NCBI GenBank assembly: GCA_964569425.1
Contig: CAZMVD010000007.1
Coordinates: 1,477-65,476 of the forward strand
Length of the DNA stretch: 64,000 nt
Direction: 5' to 3'
DNA from: an uncultured Phycisphaeraceae bacterium
GTDB lineage: Bacteria > Planctomycetota > Phycisphaerae > UBA1845
Translations under genes and position numbers: made by a program
Notes under the pieces: model-generated
What the model was told of the DNA's origin: nothing
Database searches by the model: none
Seen by the model: the letters and a program-made list of their open reading frames with translations, nothing else
Shown: piece after piece, positions 1 to 10,500 of the stretch
Layout of the letters: each line of letters starts with the position of its first letter
How positions within the stretch are numbered: position 1 is the first letter of the stretch

Positions 1-123
1 CCTGCGGGGGAGTATACGGCCGTGATTCGGATACCGCAGGCCGACCCGCTGTTTCGATCGCGCATGACGCGTGAGACGCAGGACTTTGCGCAGCGGCTGC
101 AGGAGGGGGGGGGAACGCGATGA
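1..123 (+). CDS. 3' end of an upstream ORF cut by the window edge (possibly a minor pseudopilin)
   Basis: Frame is open from base 1 to TGA at 121-123 (...RLQEGGGTR*). ATGA overlap with the gspK-like start at 120. Function is guessed only from its position upstream of a gspK-like gene. Confidence 0.3.
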   Translation, partial: PAGEYTAVIRIPQADPLFRSRMTRETQDFAQRLQEGGGTR

Positions 124-1961
124 TCACGCGGCGCGGGGTCATTCTGCCGGTGGTTCTCTTCATTCTGCTGCTGGTGGGTCTGCTGGCGGCGATGTATTCG
201 TTTCGGGTTCACGCGGACGCATCGGCGCTATATTCGGTGAGTGCGCGGATGCAGACGCGGCTGGCGGCGGAGGCCGGGATCGACCGCGTCAAGCTGCTGC
301 TTCGGACGGCGCGCTACGACATGGGGCAGTGGTATCACAACCCCGATGAACTGCACCGGATTATCGTATGGGCGCACGACAGGGACGCGAATACCTGGGG
401 GACCAACGAGGAGCTGGGCGAGGGGGCGATGGTTTATCGGTTCAGCATTGTGGCGGACGATCCGACGGACGACGAGCGTTACGTGCGCTTCGGCATTACG
501 GATGAATCGGCGCGGCTGAACCTCAACCAGGCGACGGGCGAACAGTTGGTGGCCTTGATCCAGGCGGTTTTTCCGGAGGATCAGGGAATCAACGCGCGAG
601 AGATTGTGGCCGCGATTCTTGACTGGCGGGACAAGGACTCGGCGCCGAGTGGCGAGACCGGTGACACGGAAGGGGATTTCTATCGGGATCTTGAGAAGCC
701 CTACCGGGTGAAGAACGGGCCGTTCGACACGGTGGAGGAATTGCTGCTGGTGAAGGGAGTCACGGGGTATCTGTTGTACGGTGAGGATTATGATCGAAAC
801 GGGTTGCTGACTCCGAATGAAGACGACGGGGATCTTTCCTTTCCGCCGGACAATCAGGACGGCATTCTGAACCGCGGACTCTATCCGTATCTGACGGTGC
901 ACTCGCGGGAGGATGACGTGAGCAATGCCAATCGGCGGCGGGTGTATCTTTTTGGGGATGCGGCCACGCTGACGGCGGAACTGGCGGAGATTTTTCCGGA
1001 CGAGCCGGCGGTCGTTGATTTTATTGTCAGTGCTACGCGCAATCAGTCAGGCCAAGGCGGAGCGGGAGGCGGGGGCGGAAAATCGGGTGGCTCCGGTGGC
1101 GGGGGATCAAAGTCCGGTGGACGCGGTGCGGATGCGACGGTGCGCGACGGCGTTTCGCCCGCGGGCGCGCGAGCGGCGCTGGCTACCGTGCTGGCTCCCG
1201 GCGAGGACAAGGCGGCGGCGCGCCTGCAGCGCCGCGATGGTGCTCCGCCCCCCAAGGGTGGGGACCAGCCGAGCGGTGGCGACGGAACTTCTCCACCCCC
1301 AAACGACGGTGCCGCGCCGCCCCCGAGCGAATCCGAGGGCGACGTGCTGCATGGGGGCGACGAAGAAGACGACGAAGCCGATCCACAGGAGGACGGCCAG
1401 GAGCCGCCGGCAGAGGGAGAAGCCGGCGGCGGCGCGGGGCAGCGGATGAAGACGCCGGCGTCCTTACTGAAACCGCAGATGATCGGCGACGAAGAGCGTC
1501 CCAGCCCGTTGGGATTGGAGCATCTTCCGATTCTGTTGGACCGGACGACGGTGGTTTCTCCGAGTGAGCGGGGGATTTCGGGCCTGATCAACGTGAATAC
1601 GGCGCCGGCGGTTGTGTTGCGGATGCTGCCGGGGTTGTCGGAAGACCAGATTCGGATGATCATGGACATGCGCGCGGCGCTGGACGCCACGGAGAAGGCG
1701 ACGACCGCGTGGCTCCTGCAACACGAAGTCATGGATTTGACGGCCTTCGAGCGCATCGCCCCGCTGATTACGGCGCGCGGGCAGCAGTTCACGATTGAGG
1801 CGCTGGGTTACGGCGATCACATCGGGATGATTTCGCGTTTGCAGGTGGTGGTGGACATGGTTGGCCCGATTGCGCATACCATCTACTATCGGGATCTGAC
1901 GCAGCTAGGCGGGCGGTATCCGATTCGCGAAAAAGACCGGGAGGTGGTTCGTGGGAACTAG
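120..1961 (+). CDS. gspK: Type II secretion minor pseudopilin GspK-like protein with a large low-complexity insert
   Basis: N-terminal TM helix VILPVVLFILLLVGLLAAMY. GspK-type motifs FGITDESARLNLNQATGEQL, ILDWRDKDS, FDTVEELLLVKGV. C-terminal GLINVNTAPAVVLRMLPGLSEDQI helix-hairpin-helix-like segment. Confidence 0.8.
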   Translation: MITRRGVILPVVLFILLLVGLLAAMYSFRVHADASALYSVSARMQTRLAAEAGIDRVKLLLRTARYDMGQWYHNPDELHRIIVWAHDRDANTWGTNEELGEGAMVYRFSIVADDPTDDERYVRFGITDESARLNLNQATGEQLVALIQAVFPEDQGINAREIVAAILDWRDKDSAPSGETGDTEGDFYRDLEKPYRVKNGPFDTVEELLLVKGVTGYLLYGEDYDRNGLLTPNEDDGDLSFPPDNQDGILNRGLYPYLTVHSREDDVSNANRRRVYLFGDAATLTAELAEIFPDEPAVVDFIVSATRNQSGQGGAGGGGGKSGGSGGGGSKSGGRGADATVRDGVSPAGARAALATVLAPGEDKAAARLQRRDGAPPPKGGDQPSGGDGTSPPPNDGAAPPPSESEGDVLHGGDEEDDEADPQEDGQEPPAEGEAGGGAGQRMKTPASLLKPQMIGDEERPSPLGLEHLPILLDRTTVVSPSERGISGLINVNTAPAVVLRMLPGLSEDQIRMIMDMRAALDATEKATTAWLLQHEVMDLTAFERIAPLITARGQQFTIEALGYGDHIGMISRLQVVVDMVGPIAHTIYYRDLTQLGGRYPIREKDREVVRGN

Positions 1962-3564
1962 ACCCCGACAGCGCGACATCCTTGCCATCGACTGGGACAG
2001 CCGCACGCTGCGGATTGTGCATGCGCGCTACACCAAGCGCGGGGTGGACATTGATCGATTGCTTTCGGTGCCAATTCCGGCAGAGATCGATCCCGGGCAG
2101 CCAGCGCAAATGGGCGGGCACATCCGTCGGGCGCTGGACCAGGAGGGGATCACCACGCGACATGCGGTGGTGGATATTCCGCGCGATCAAGCCATTCTCA
2201 ATACACTGACTTTGCCCCTGGCGGTTCCGGAGGAACTGCCGGGTATCGTGCGCATTCAGATTGCCAAGGAGCTGCCATATTCGGTTTCCGATGCGGTGAT
2301 TGACTTTACGATCGGTCCGCAGGAGCCGGGTTCGGCGCTGGCTGAGGTGCTGGTGGCCGCGGTGCGGCGCGAGGTGCTGGAACAGTATGAGGCGACGTTC
2401 GCCGCGGCGGATCTGCGGCTCGATCGGATCGGACTTCGTCCGTATGCGAGCAAAGTGGCGGTGTGCGAGTTGCTGCGGCACGCGATGCCGGAGCGAGTGG
2501 TGTTCCTGGACGTGGGTCCGGCGCTGACGGAGATTTGCGTGTTGCGCCAGTCGTTTCTGGCATTTTCGCGCGCCGCGTCGGTGCACATACCCCGTCATGT
2601 CGGTGAAGGGACCACTCTGTCGCTGGTGCGTCCGGAGGAGCCGGGGGGACTTCACGATCCGGATCCGGTGACGGACATCACGCCGCCGGCGGTGGCGATG
2701 GCCAACGTGATTCAGTCGCTGGTGGTTGAGCTGACGCGTTCGCTCGAAGCGTACCGGGCGCGGGAGGCGGGTGCGGCGATCGATCACGTGATCATCGGCG
2801 GCGATCTGGGGGTGGAGGAACGGCTGGCGGAGGCGATCCATATTAGTTTGAGCATAACCACCGAGATTTACAACCCGGCGACGTCGTTTGGTTGGGAGCC
2901 GGACGAGGGGGCGGCGGCGTCGGCGTTTGCGGCGACGCTGGGTCTGGTGCTCACGCAGCTGCGGGAGGATGGGGGGCATTTCGACTTTCTGCATCCGAAG
3001 CGTGTGGAGTCGGTGGCGAAGAAGCGGCTGCGAAAGGCGCCGATTGTGGCGGGGGTTGCACTGCTTTTTGTGGCGGCGGGGGCGGTGGCGGTGGCGGGGA
3101 TCACCCGGCCGAGTCGGCTGGAGATGGCGCGGATTCTGGGGCAGATTGAGGCGCATCGCGCGGAGGAGAGCGACCGGCGGAAGTTTCTGGAGCTGGTGAA
3201 CGGCGCGGGCGGAATTGTGGAGTTTGATGAGCAGCAGCACATCTGGGTGGACGTGCTGCACGATGCGATGTCGGTGCTGCCGTCGCACGAGCATCTGGTG
3301 TGCGACCAGATCGACCTGAACCAGAAGGACGGGCGGATTACGCTGCGGACGCGAGCGCGGCAGCGCAGCGTGCCGCTCGACGCGATCGGGCAGCTAGAGG
3401 ATTTCCGCCGCGAGGGGCGGGACCGTCCGCGTTTCAAGGTGAGCATGGGCCCGCAGAACGAGAAGCCGGGCGAGAAATACCCGTTTCAACAGGATCTGCG
3501 TATCCAGATTCTGGACGATACGCAGCCGAAGCGATCGACGAGTCGGACAGCCGGGGGCGGATAG
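1951..3564 (+). CDS. GspL / PilM-PilN-like assembly protein (actin-like cytoplasmic domain, TM helix, periplasmic domain)
   Basis: GTG start overlaps the gspK end by 11 nt. PilM-like N-terminus ILAIDWDSRTLRIVHARY...AVVDIPRDQAILNTLTLP. TM helix APIVAGVALLFVAAGAVAVAGI at about residue 355, followed by a periplasmic region of about 160 aa. Confidence 0.7.
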   Translation: MGTRPRQRDILAIDWDSRTLRIVHARYTKRGVDIDRLLSVPIPAEIDPGQPAQMGGHIRRALDQEGITTRHAVVDIPRDQAILNTLTLPLAVPEELPGIVRIQIAKELPYSVSDAVIDFTIGPQEPGSALAEVLVAAVRREVLEQYEATFAAADLRLDRIGLRPYASKVAVCELLRHAMPERVVFLDVGPALTEICVLRQSFLAFSRAASVHIPRHVGEGTTLSLVRPEEPGGLHDPDPVTDITPPAVAMANVIQSLVVELTRSLEAYRAREAGAAIDHVIIGGDLGVEERLAEAIHISLSITTEIYNPATSFGWEPDEGAAASAFAATLGLVLTQLREDGGHFDFLHPKRVESVAKKRLRKAPIVAGVALLFVAAGAVAVAGITRPSRLEMARILGQIEAHRAEESDRRKFLELVNGAGGIVEFDEQQHIWVDVLHDAMSVLPSHEHLVCDQIDLNQKDGRITLRTRARQRSVPLDAIGQLEDFRREGRDRPRFKVSMGPQNEKPGEKYPFQQDLRIQILDDTQPKRSTSRTAGGG

Positions 3565-3617
3565 AGGGCATTGCCGGTTCGTGCGCGCCGTGGTGACGGC
3601 AGCGTGGCCGGCGACGA

Positions 3618-5303
3618 ATGAAACGAACGATGAACCGCCGAACGAAAATCCTGCTTGCGGCTTTCGGCACGCTGGTGGCCGGCGCTTTCGTTACGCGCGT
3701 GGTTTATCCCGCGTGGATCGAACCGCTGGTGACGATCGAGGAGCGCATCGCGTCGGCGCGCGAGACCCTTGAACAGTTGGAGGATCTGGAGGCGCGGGCG
3801 GAGCAGGCCAAACGTCAGTATCGCCGGTTGGCGGAACGGGCGGGGGCGATGGACCTGACTTCGGTGGCCAACAGCGTGCACGCGCGCTTGAATGACTTGA
3901 TTCTCAAGCATCGGCTGGAGGAGGCGAGCGTGGTTCCCAGTCGGGGCACCAGCGATCGCAAGACGGGTCTGGAGCGCATGCTTATTTCCGTGTCCGCCAC
4001 GGGCAGCCTGGAGGCGGCGTTGGGGTTTCTGCGCGACGCGGTGGAGTTGCCGCAGCTCCTGCGGGTCGGCAACGTGACGCTGTCGCCGACCCGATCGGGC
4101 AAGACGAGCAAGAAGCAGGAGCGTGTGACGGTTCGTATGCCCATCGAGGTGCTGGTGCTGCCGCAACAGAAGATGCTGGGCGAGCGGCTGGTCGCCGCTG
4201 ATTTTCATCAGCCGGAGACGGTGGTGCGGCATCAGGGGCGGGACTATTCGTCGATCTGGAAGCGAACGCCGTTTTCGGAGTTTGAGCCCTTGCCGCCGCT
4301 GGTGGCAAATGCGGGGCGCGAGGTCAATGTGGAGCAGGGCAAGCCGGCCTATCTGCAAGCCTCGGCGACCGGCGGCGACGGCAGATACACTTACACGTGG
4401 TCTCCGGCGGAAGGGATCAGTTCGACCTCGGGCGCGAAAGTGACGGTGGACACGGCGGAGGTGCGCACGCAGGTCTATTCGCTGACGGTGACCGACGAGA
4501 GCGAGAACAGCGCCACCGCCACCGTGAATGTGACCATTCGGGAGCCTGCACCGGTCGTGGTGCGGAACGATCCCCCTCCGCCTCCTCCTCCGCCGCCGGG
4601 TCCGAAGCGTTGGCCGGACAACAAGTTCATGCATTTGGCGATGGCGCTGATGCGGAGTGATTCGGCGAGCCAGCGACACGAGTTTATTGTGCAGAATACG
4701 CGGACCAATGAGCGGACCTATCACGCCCTGGGCGAGGAATTCGACGGCGGCGAGTTGGTATTTGTGCATCCGCGCGGGGGGTTGGTGCGTAGGCATGGAG
4801 AGTATTTCGTTTATCCGCTGGGCGGGAAGCTGGATCAGGATATGCCGGTGGATGCCGCGGCCCATTTTCCTGATCTGCAGCGGGTGGCGAGCGAGTTGCG
4901 GCTGGCGGAACAGCAAGCGCCGGCCGAGGTGCCGGAGGGCCCCGATGAGGCCGGGCTTGTTCCCGAAGCGGTTGGGACGGACGGGCCGGCGGCGGGGGTG
5001 ACCGAGGGGGGAGCCGCGGGGTCGCCGGGGGTGGATACGGGCGGCGCCGGCTCCGATGGCGCGCCACCGCAGGGGCCTGTGCCGAGTGAGGGGAGTAAGG
5101 ACCGTGCGGCGCGGCCCACCGGCTCGGCCAAGGCGACGCCGCAGGTCACCGAGGGTGCGACGCCTGCCGGGGAGACGCCGGATGCAGGCACGCGGGAGGC
5201 GCCGTCCACGGAGCCGAAGGCGGAAACCGGTGACGGTGAGGGCAAGAACACGACCCGGCCCGGGGCGCGCACGCCTACCCGGCGACGTCCCAGACCTCGA
5301 TAG
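3618..5303 (+). CDS. GspM/PilO-like bitopic membrane protein with an appended Ig-like domain, poly-Pro stretch and disordered tail
   Basis: N-terminal TM helix ILLAAFGTLVAGAFV, then coiled coil (RETLEQLEDLEARAEQAKRQYRRL), then a PilO/GspM-like alpha/beta segment (MLISVSATGSLEAALGFLRDAVELPQLLRVGNVTL). Then YTYTWSP...YSLTVTDESENSATATVNVTI, PPPPPPPPPGP and a Pro/Gly/Glu/Thr-rich tail. Confidence 0.6.
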   Translation: MKRTMNRRTKILLAAFGTLVAGAFVTRVVYPAWIEPLVTIEERIASARETLEQLEDLEARAEQAKRQYRRLAERAGAMDLTSVANSVHARLNDLILKHRLEEASVVPSRGTSDRKTGLERMLISVSATGSLEAALGFLRDAVELPQLLRVGNVTLSPTRSGKTSKKQERVTVRMPIEVLVLPQQKMLGERLVAADFHQPETVVRHQGRDYSSIWKRTPFSEFEPLPPLVANAGREVNVEQGKPAYLQASATGGDGRYTYTWSPAEGISSTSGAKVTVDTAEVRTQVYSLTVTDESENSATATVNVTIREPAPVVVRNDPPPPPPPPPGPKRWPDNKFMHLAMALMRSDSASQRHEFIVQNTRTNERTYHALGEEFDGGELVFVHPRGGLVRRHGEYFVYPLGGKLDQDMPVDAAAHFPDLQRVASELRLAEQQAPAEVPEGPDEAGLVPEAVGTDGPAAGVTEGGAAGSPGVDTGGAGSDGAPPQGPVPSEGSKDRAARPTGSAKATPQVTEGATPAGETPDAGTREAPSTEPKAETGDGEGKNTTRPGARTPTRRRPRPR

Positions 5304-5406
5304 AAGGCAGATCCCGATGTGGAACGACAGGAGGATTCGACGCGAGACTTGCGGCGTCGATTTGTGGCTTGTGCCGGACGATTCACCCAGACAGGGAAGA
5401 CCAATC

Positions 5407-7527
5407 ATGTTTCCAAGATCCGAGCGCATGTTCGCGAAGGCCGGCTCGATGTTTGCATTGCTGGTCGGGTTGATGGGGTTCGGTGCTTCGCCGCTGGTGG
5501 GCGTTGCGCAGGAGTCGCCCCCGACACCGCGACAGGCGCCGCGGGTCCGCAAGCAGGCGTCGCCGCCGCGGACCACGCCGCAGCCGAAGACGCCGTCGCC
5601 CGAGCCGGAACCTTCGAACGATGGTGCGGAGACTCCTGCGGAGCCGGTGCCGGATTCGCCGGACAAGGTTGTGATTCCGCCGGAAGTTCAGAAGAAGATC
5701 GATGAGATGCTGCAGGAGAAGCCCCAGCCTGCGGACGAGCCGGAACCGGCGGTCCAGCCCGCATCGAAGACACCGCAGCAGATTGCTGCGGAACGGGCCG
5801 AACAGCGACGGCAGGCGCGGTTGCGTGCGACAGGCCAGCAAGATGACCAGGCGACCACGCCGCCGCAGCCCGGCGCGCACCTGGCTCCGAATCCGTTTGC
5901 GGGGGGAGGGCAACCGTCGAGGCCTGGGACGCAGGCGCCGGGTAACAAGATCGAGATTCCGGCTTCGACCGAACGTGCGTCACCGCCGGAGCAGCGCAAG
6001 TATTCGTTCAGCATCAAGGACGCGGGGTATGACGTGCTGATCGAGGGCATAGCGCGCGAGACGGGGCTGGGGGTGATCGGCGAAGCGCCGCCCGACGGGA
6101 AGGTGACGTTCGTGACGGAAGAGCAACTGACATTCGATCAACTTCTGGACCGGGTGCGCATGTTGCTTTTCAACTACAAGCCGCTGGAACCGTACTGGCT
6201 GCTGCGCCGTACCACGCACCTGGAAGTCATCCGCGTGAATGACTATCTGCGGGTGATGCCCGCGGACCGGATGTTTCGGGGCGTTGCCGAGTTTCGGTCG
6301 GCCGCGCTGCCTCCGTCGGAATTGGTGCTGGTGATTTTCACACCGACCACCGGGGCGCTTTCGGAACTGAACCAAGTGCGCGATTTCATGCCGGATTATG
6401 TGCGCGTTACGCCGCTGGACGATCAGAATTCGGTGGCGATCTACGCGCTGGTGAGCGACGTGGAGAAGTACCTGTGGCTGGTGGACTTTTTCACGGGGCG
6501 CAAAGGCGACCCGCGCAAGCTGGAGATCATCGAGGTCAAGTTCATTACGCCGACGGAGGCGAACGAGAAGCTTATGTTGCTGATGTCGGCGGATGCGACC
6601 AAGCAGCCGGGACGTGCGGCTGCGATGCCGCGGGTGCGTCCCGGTGGGCCGAGCCCGTTGGACGGCATACCTGCGCCGGAGGTGAGCATCGTTCCCGAGG
6701 ATGCGCAGGGTGTTCTGATCGTGCGGGCGATGCAGGACAAAATCGACGAGATCAGGCGGTTGCTTCCTTATGTAGACGTGAACACGACGGTTAACTACCT
6801 GCCGGTGGTGATCCCGGTGCGGAATACCGATCCGCAGGCCTTGGTGGGCACGGTGCAGCAGATTCTGGGTGCGGGGGATCCTTCGACGGGGATGCCGGTT
6901 CCGGGGGGAGCGCGTCCCGTTCGGCCTCGTCGGGGCGGCCGGGCTCCGGCGGGCGCCGCTGCGTCGGTGTCGGCGGCGGACGTCACGCTGATACCGCATC
7001 CGTCCATTTCGGCGATCATCGCGACGGGTCCGGACGAGGCGGTGCAGCGGGTGCGCGAGCTGGTTCAGCTCTTTGACGTGAAGGGACAGGTGGGGCCGCT
7101 GCGGATCGCGCTGACCCATACCGATGCGGACACGGCGGTGTCGACGGTGACGCAGATCCTGCAGGGTGCGGTTCCGGGGACGACGACGCGCGGCGTTCCG
7201 ACGGGTGCCATATCGGTGTCACAGGTGGTGCCGGATCCTTCGGGTACGGCGATCTGGTTTACGGGATCGGAGAAGGATCTGGAGCTTGCGAAGCGGGTGC
7301 TGGCGGACATTGACGTGGCGGTGGAGCCGGCGCGGCTGCACATCGTACGGCTGGTGAACCAGCGGCCATCGTTTGTGGCGGCGATTCTTTCGCAGGTGGA
7401 CAGCGGGCAATTGAGTCCGTCGGCGACGCCGTCGCCCACCACGCGGGGGGGGGGGGCGGCGGCGACCGGTGGCGGCACCGGCGGGCCAGCCGGGTGGCGC
7501 AGCAGGGAAGTTTACGCCGGACGATGA
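5407..7527 (+). CDS. Barrel-less secretin N-domain array protein, 5' segment; probably one gene with 7469..14377
   Basis: ATG 5407 gives a signal peptide (MFAKAGSMFALLVGLMGFGASPLVGVAQE). The ORF-track start at 5056 would overlap the upstream gene by about 250 nt. Pro-rich spacer, N0/STN-like module (YSFSIKDAGYDVLIEGIARETGLGVIG..GKVTF..LTFDQLLDRVRMLL), then about 5 secretin N-domain-like units. The frame ends 70 nt after a G12 run. Confidence 0.7.
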   Translation: MFPRSERMFAKAGSMFALLVGLMGFGASPLVGVAQESPPTPRQAPRVRKQASPPRTTPQPKTPSPEPEPSNDGAETPAEPVPDSPDKVVIPPEVQKKIDEMLQEKPQPADEPEPAVQPASKTPQQIAAERAEQRRQARLRATGQQDDQATTPPQPGAHLAPNPFAGGGQPSRPGTQAPGNKIEIPASTERASPPEQRKYSFSIKDAGYDVLIEGIARETGLGVIGEAPPDGKVTFVTEEQLTFDQLLDRVRMLLFNYKPLEPYWLLRRTTHLEVIRVNDYLRVMPADRMFRGVAEFRSAALPPSELVLVIFTPTTGALSELNQVRDFMPDYVRVTPLDDQNSVAIYALVSDVEKYLWLVDFFTGRKGDPRKLEIIEVKFITPTEANEKLMLLMSADATKQPGRAAAMPRVRPGGPSPLDGIPAPEVSIVPEDAQGVLIVRAMQDKIDEIRRLLPYVDVNTTVNYLPVVIPVRNTDPQALVGTVQQILGAGDPSTGMPVPGGARPVRPRRGGRAPAGAAASVSAADVTLIPHPSISAIIATGPDEAVQRVRELVQLFDVKGQVGPLRIALTHTDADTAVSTVTQILQGAVPGTTTRGVPTGAISVSQVVPDPSGTAIWFTGSEKDLELAKRVLADIDVAVEPARLHIVRLVNQRPSFVAAILSQVDSGQLSPSATPSPTTRGGGAAATGGGTGGPAGWRSREVYAGR
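7445..7456 (+). repeat. G12 homopolymer tract at the frame break between ORFs 5407..7527 and 7469..14377
   Basis: Twelve consecutive G counted at 7445-7456, the longest G run I saw in the window. The upstream ORF is in frame 1 and the downstream ORF in frame 2, so a tract of 11 G (or 14) would fuse them. Confidence 0.95.
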
Positions 7528-10500
7528 GCAGGGTCGGCTGTACGTGCTGTGCACGGACTCGGAGTGGGAGGCGTACGGTAAGGTCATTTCGGATCTGGAG
7601 AATGAGACGGCGCTGCGCGAGTTTGTGCTCTTGCCGGTCAAGAACATTCCGGTGGACGAAGCGCTGAACAAGATCGCGGCGTTGATTCCTTTGAGTGCTG
7701 CCGGGGTGGCGACGGCGCCGGGGGTCGCCGGCAAGGAGGCGACCAAGATCCGCTGCGAGACGACGGCGGACGGAATCCTGGTCCTTGGGGCTAACGAGAC
7801 AGAGATTCAGTCGATGCGGGAGCTGCTGGCGGTGTTCGATCATGCCAGCGACATCGAAGAGCGGACGTTTGAGATCAAGTTCGCCGACCCGGCGGAGGTG
7901 AAAGCCGCGGTAGAGGCGTTGTTGACGGAGGGGCCGGCTACCACGACGCCGACTGCGGGGGCGCGGCGCGCGCGCGGCGCGGCGCCGCGTGATCCGTCGT
8001 TGGGCGCAGCGTCCACGGCGGCGCTGACCATCGTGCAGGTGGACACGCGGCTGATCGTCAAGGCGTCGCCGTCGGTCATGCAACAGGTCGCTGCTTACAT
8101 CGAACAGTTCGATGTCCGCGCCGACAAGCGGACGGTGCGGGTTTATGAGAATTTTCCGCCCGGAGCGGATATTGACGCCATCGCCAGCACGCTTTCGACG
8201 GTGTTGGGGGGGAGCAGTTCGCGCGGGGCGGCGGCGCCGCGGCCCACCGCTCGGCAACCGGGCAGTGCGCCGAGCGGTCCGGAGGGTCCGCAGTTCATCC
8301 CGCAGCCGGCGACGGGCAAGCTGATTGTCATTGCGCAGCCGTTCATGTTCGAGGAGATCGAAGAGCTGCTGAACATGCTGCGGAAGACGGAGGTGACCGA
8401 GCCCACTTTGGTGGAGTACGTGCCGATCAAATATGCCGATCCGACCGAGTTGGTGCAGAGCATTGAGCCGATTCTGACGGTCAAGGTTCGTAATCTCATC
8501 CGGTCGGGTGAAGTGACTGAGTCCATGGTTGAGGATCCGGCGGCGGGGGGCGTGCGGGCGCCGCGGGTTCGGGTTCCGGGGGCGGCCACATCAAACGACC
8601 GACCGTATCACCTTGCGGCGGATGTGCGTAACAAGCGCGTGGTGGTGGTGGCGACGCGGAAAATCATCGACGCGGCGAAGGAGTTGATCGGCGATTTCGA
8701 CACGCGGGCGGAAGTGCCCGGGGTGGTGTTCGAGTTTATCGAGGTCAAGCACGTGGATCCGGCGCAACTGGTGGAGCAACTGGATCCGTTGCTGGCGTTG
8801 AAGGTTCAAGAACTGGTGCGCGGGGGCGAACTTGCGGATGAGCCGGACGCCTCGGCCCCGGGGGGTGCGGCCAAGGGGGCGGTGCGCATGCCCGGCCGGC
8901 CGATCCTTGATTCGCGGCAGCGTTACCACATCGCGGCCGACGAGCGCAACCGGCGGATCGTGGTGGCGGCGGCGCAGCCGGTGGTGGATGAGGCGCGGTC
9001 GCTGGTGGCGATGTTCGACAAGCCGGACAGCAAGGACACGCGCATTGAGGTGCGCACCGTGGCGATGCAGCACGGGGATCCGGTGGAGGTGGCGGAGAAG
9101 ATCGAGCCGCTGCTGTCGATGAAGGTTCAGCAGTTGGTGTACGCGGGCGAGTTGGCGGAGGAGGGCGGCGTGACGGCAACGCCCGGCGCCGTAACCCCGG
9201 GGCGGCCGCTGAAAATGCCGCGGGCCGGGGGGGCCAGCAAGCGATACCACATGGAGCCGGACCAGCGGAACAAGCAGATTGTTATTGCGGCGCCGACGGC
9301 GGTGATCGACGAGGCGGTCAAGCTGATTGCGGAGTTTGATAAGCCGTCGGATGCGTCCAAGCTCGTTTTCGAAACCGTGGTGCTGCACAACGCCGACCCC
9401 AATGACATGGTCAAGACCATCAAGGAGATGATCGGCGCTCCACAGCGGGCGGTGACGACCCGACGACCGGGGGTGCCGGCCGCGCCGGTGCCGGAGGCGA
9501 TTCTGACTTCGTCGCTGGCCATCGCCGCGGCCCCCGGCGGGGGGGCGGTGGTGCTTCAGGGTCCGGCGGAAGAGGTGGCGCAGGCGAAGGAATGGGTGGG
9601 GCATCTCGATTCCATGGCGACCAGCGGTCGGCAGATCAAGATTTACGAGATCAAGTACGCCGACACCAAGACGCTGGTGGACATCATCATGAACGTGGTG
9701 GATAGCGCGAGCCGCGAGGCTCCGAAGCGCGGCGCGCTGCCTCGCGGGCTGGGCAAGGAGAGCGAGGAGGAGGACTTTTTTGAGACTTCGATCACCCGGA
9801 TCGGCAAGGATGTGTACATCAAGGCGGATTTGATCGCGGACACGATGGTGGTGGTGGCCGGTCCGGCGAAGATCACCGAGGTGGACGCGATCATCGCGCA
9901 GATGGACACCAAGGAGACGGAGGAGGTCACCAAGAAGCCGGTGGTGCCGCGTGAATACATCGACCTGCAATACGCGACGGCCAGGGACGCGGCGGACGCG
10001 CTGGATGCGATTCTGAAGGACCGATGGGAATCGAGCGAGGATCGTCCGAAGGTGACCACGGGGTTGTTCGGGGAGACGCTGATCGTGTCGCACCCGGACG
10101 AGTCGCGGCTGGCGGAAGTACGCGAGCTGGTGGCGACGCTGGTGGACAAGCCGGACCCGAAGAAGTTCCGTGAGACGCGGCGCATGATCACGTCGCCGTC
10201 GAACATTCCGCCGCGCGATCTGATCATGATGCTGCAACTCAACAATCCGGACATTGAGTTCGAGCTGATCGACGGTACGCCGCAGGACGAGGACAAGTTT
10301 ATTATCGAGCGGGTCAAGGCGCAGCCACCGCCGCCGGCGGTGAAGCCGCAGGCCGAGGGGCGGCGGCCGGCGCCGGCCGGTTCGCCCCAAGCGGACGCCG
10401 GTTCTGCGTTGATCCCTGCGCCGCTGCGCGTTGCGGCGACTGCGGTGTTGTGTGCGGCGCTGGCCCAGGTGCCGGAGGGGGCGGAGCCGGAAGGGGTACC

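Noticed and set aside
105-113. Other poly-G/C runs (G9 at 105-113, G7/G8 at about 26526-26549, G8 near 31705, and others)
   Set aside because: They sit in frame inside intact ORFs, encoding Gly or Pro runs, and do not coincide with frame breaks. Only the G12 at 7445-7456 does.
5056-5406. ORF-track start at 5056 for the array protein
   Set aside because: It would overlap the GspM/PilO-like gene by about 250 nt and encode an Arg-rich junk N-terminus. ATG 5407 gives a proper signal peptide.
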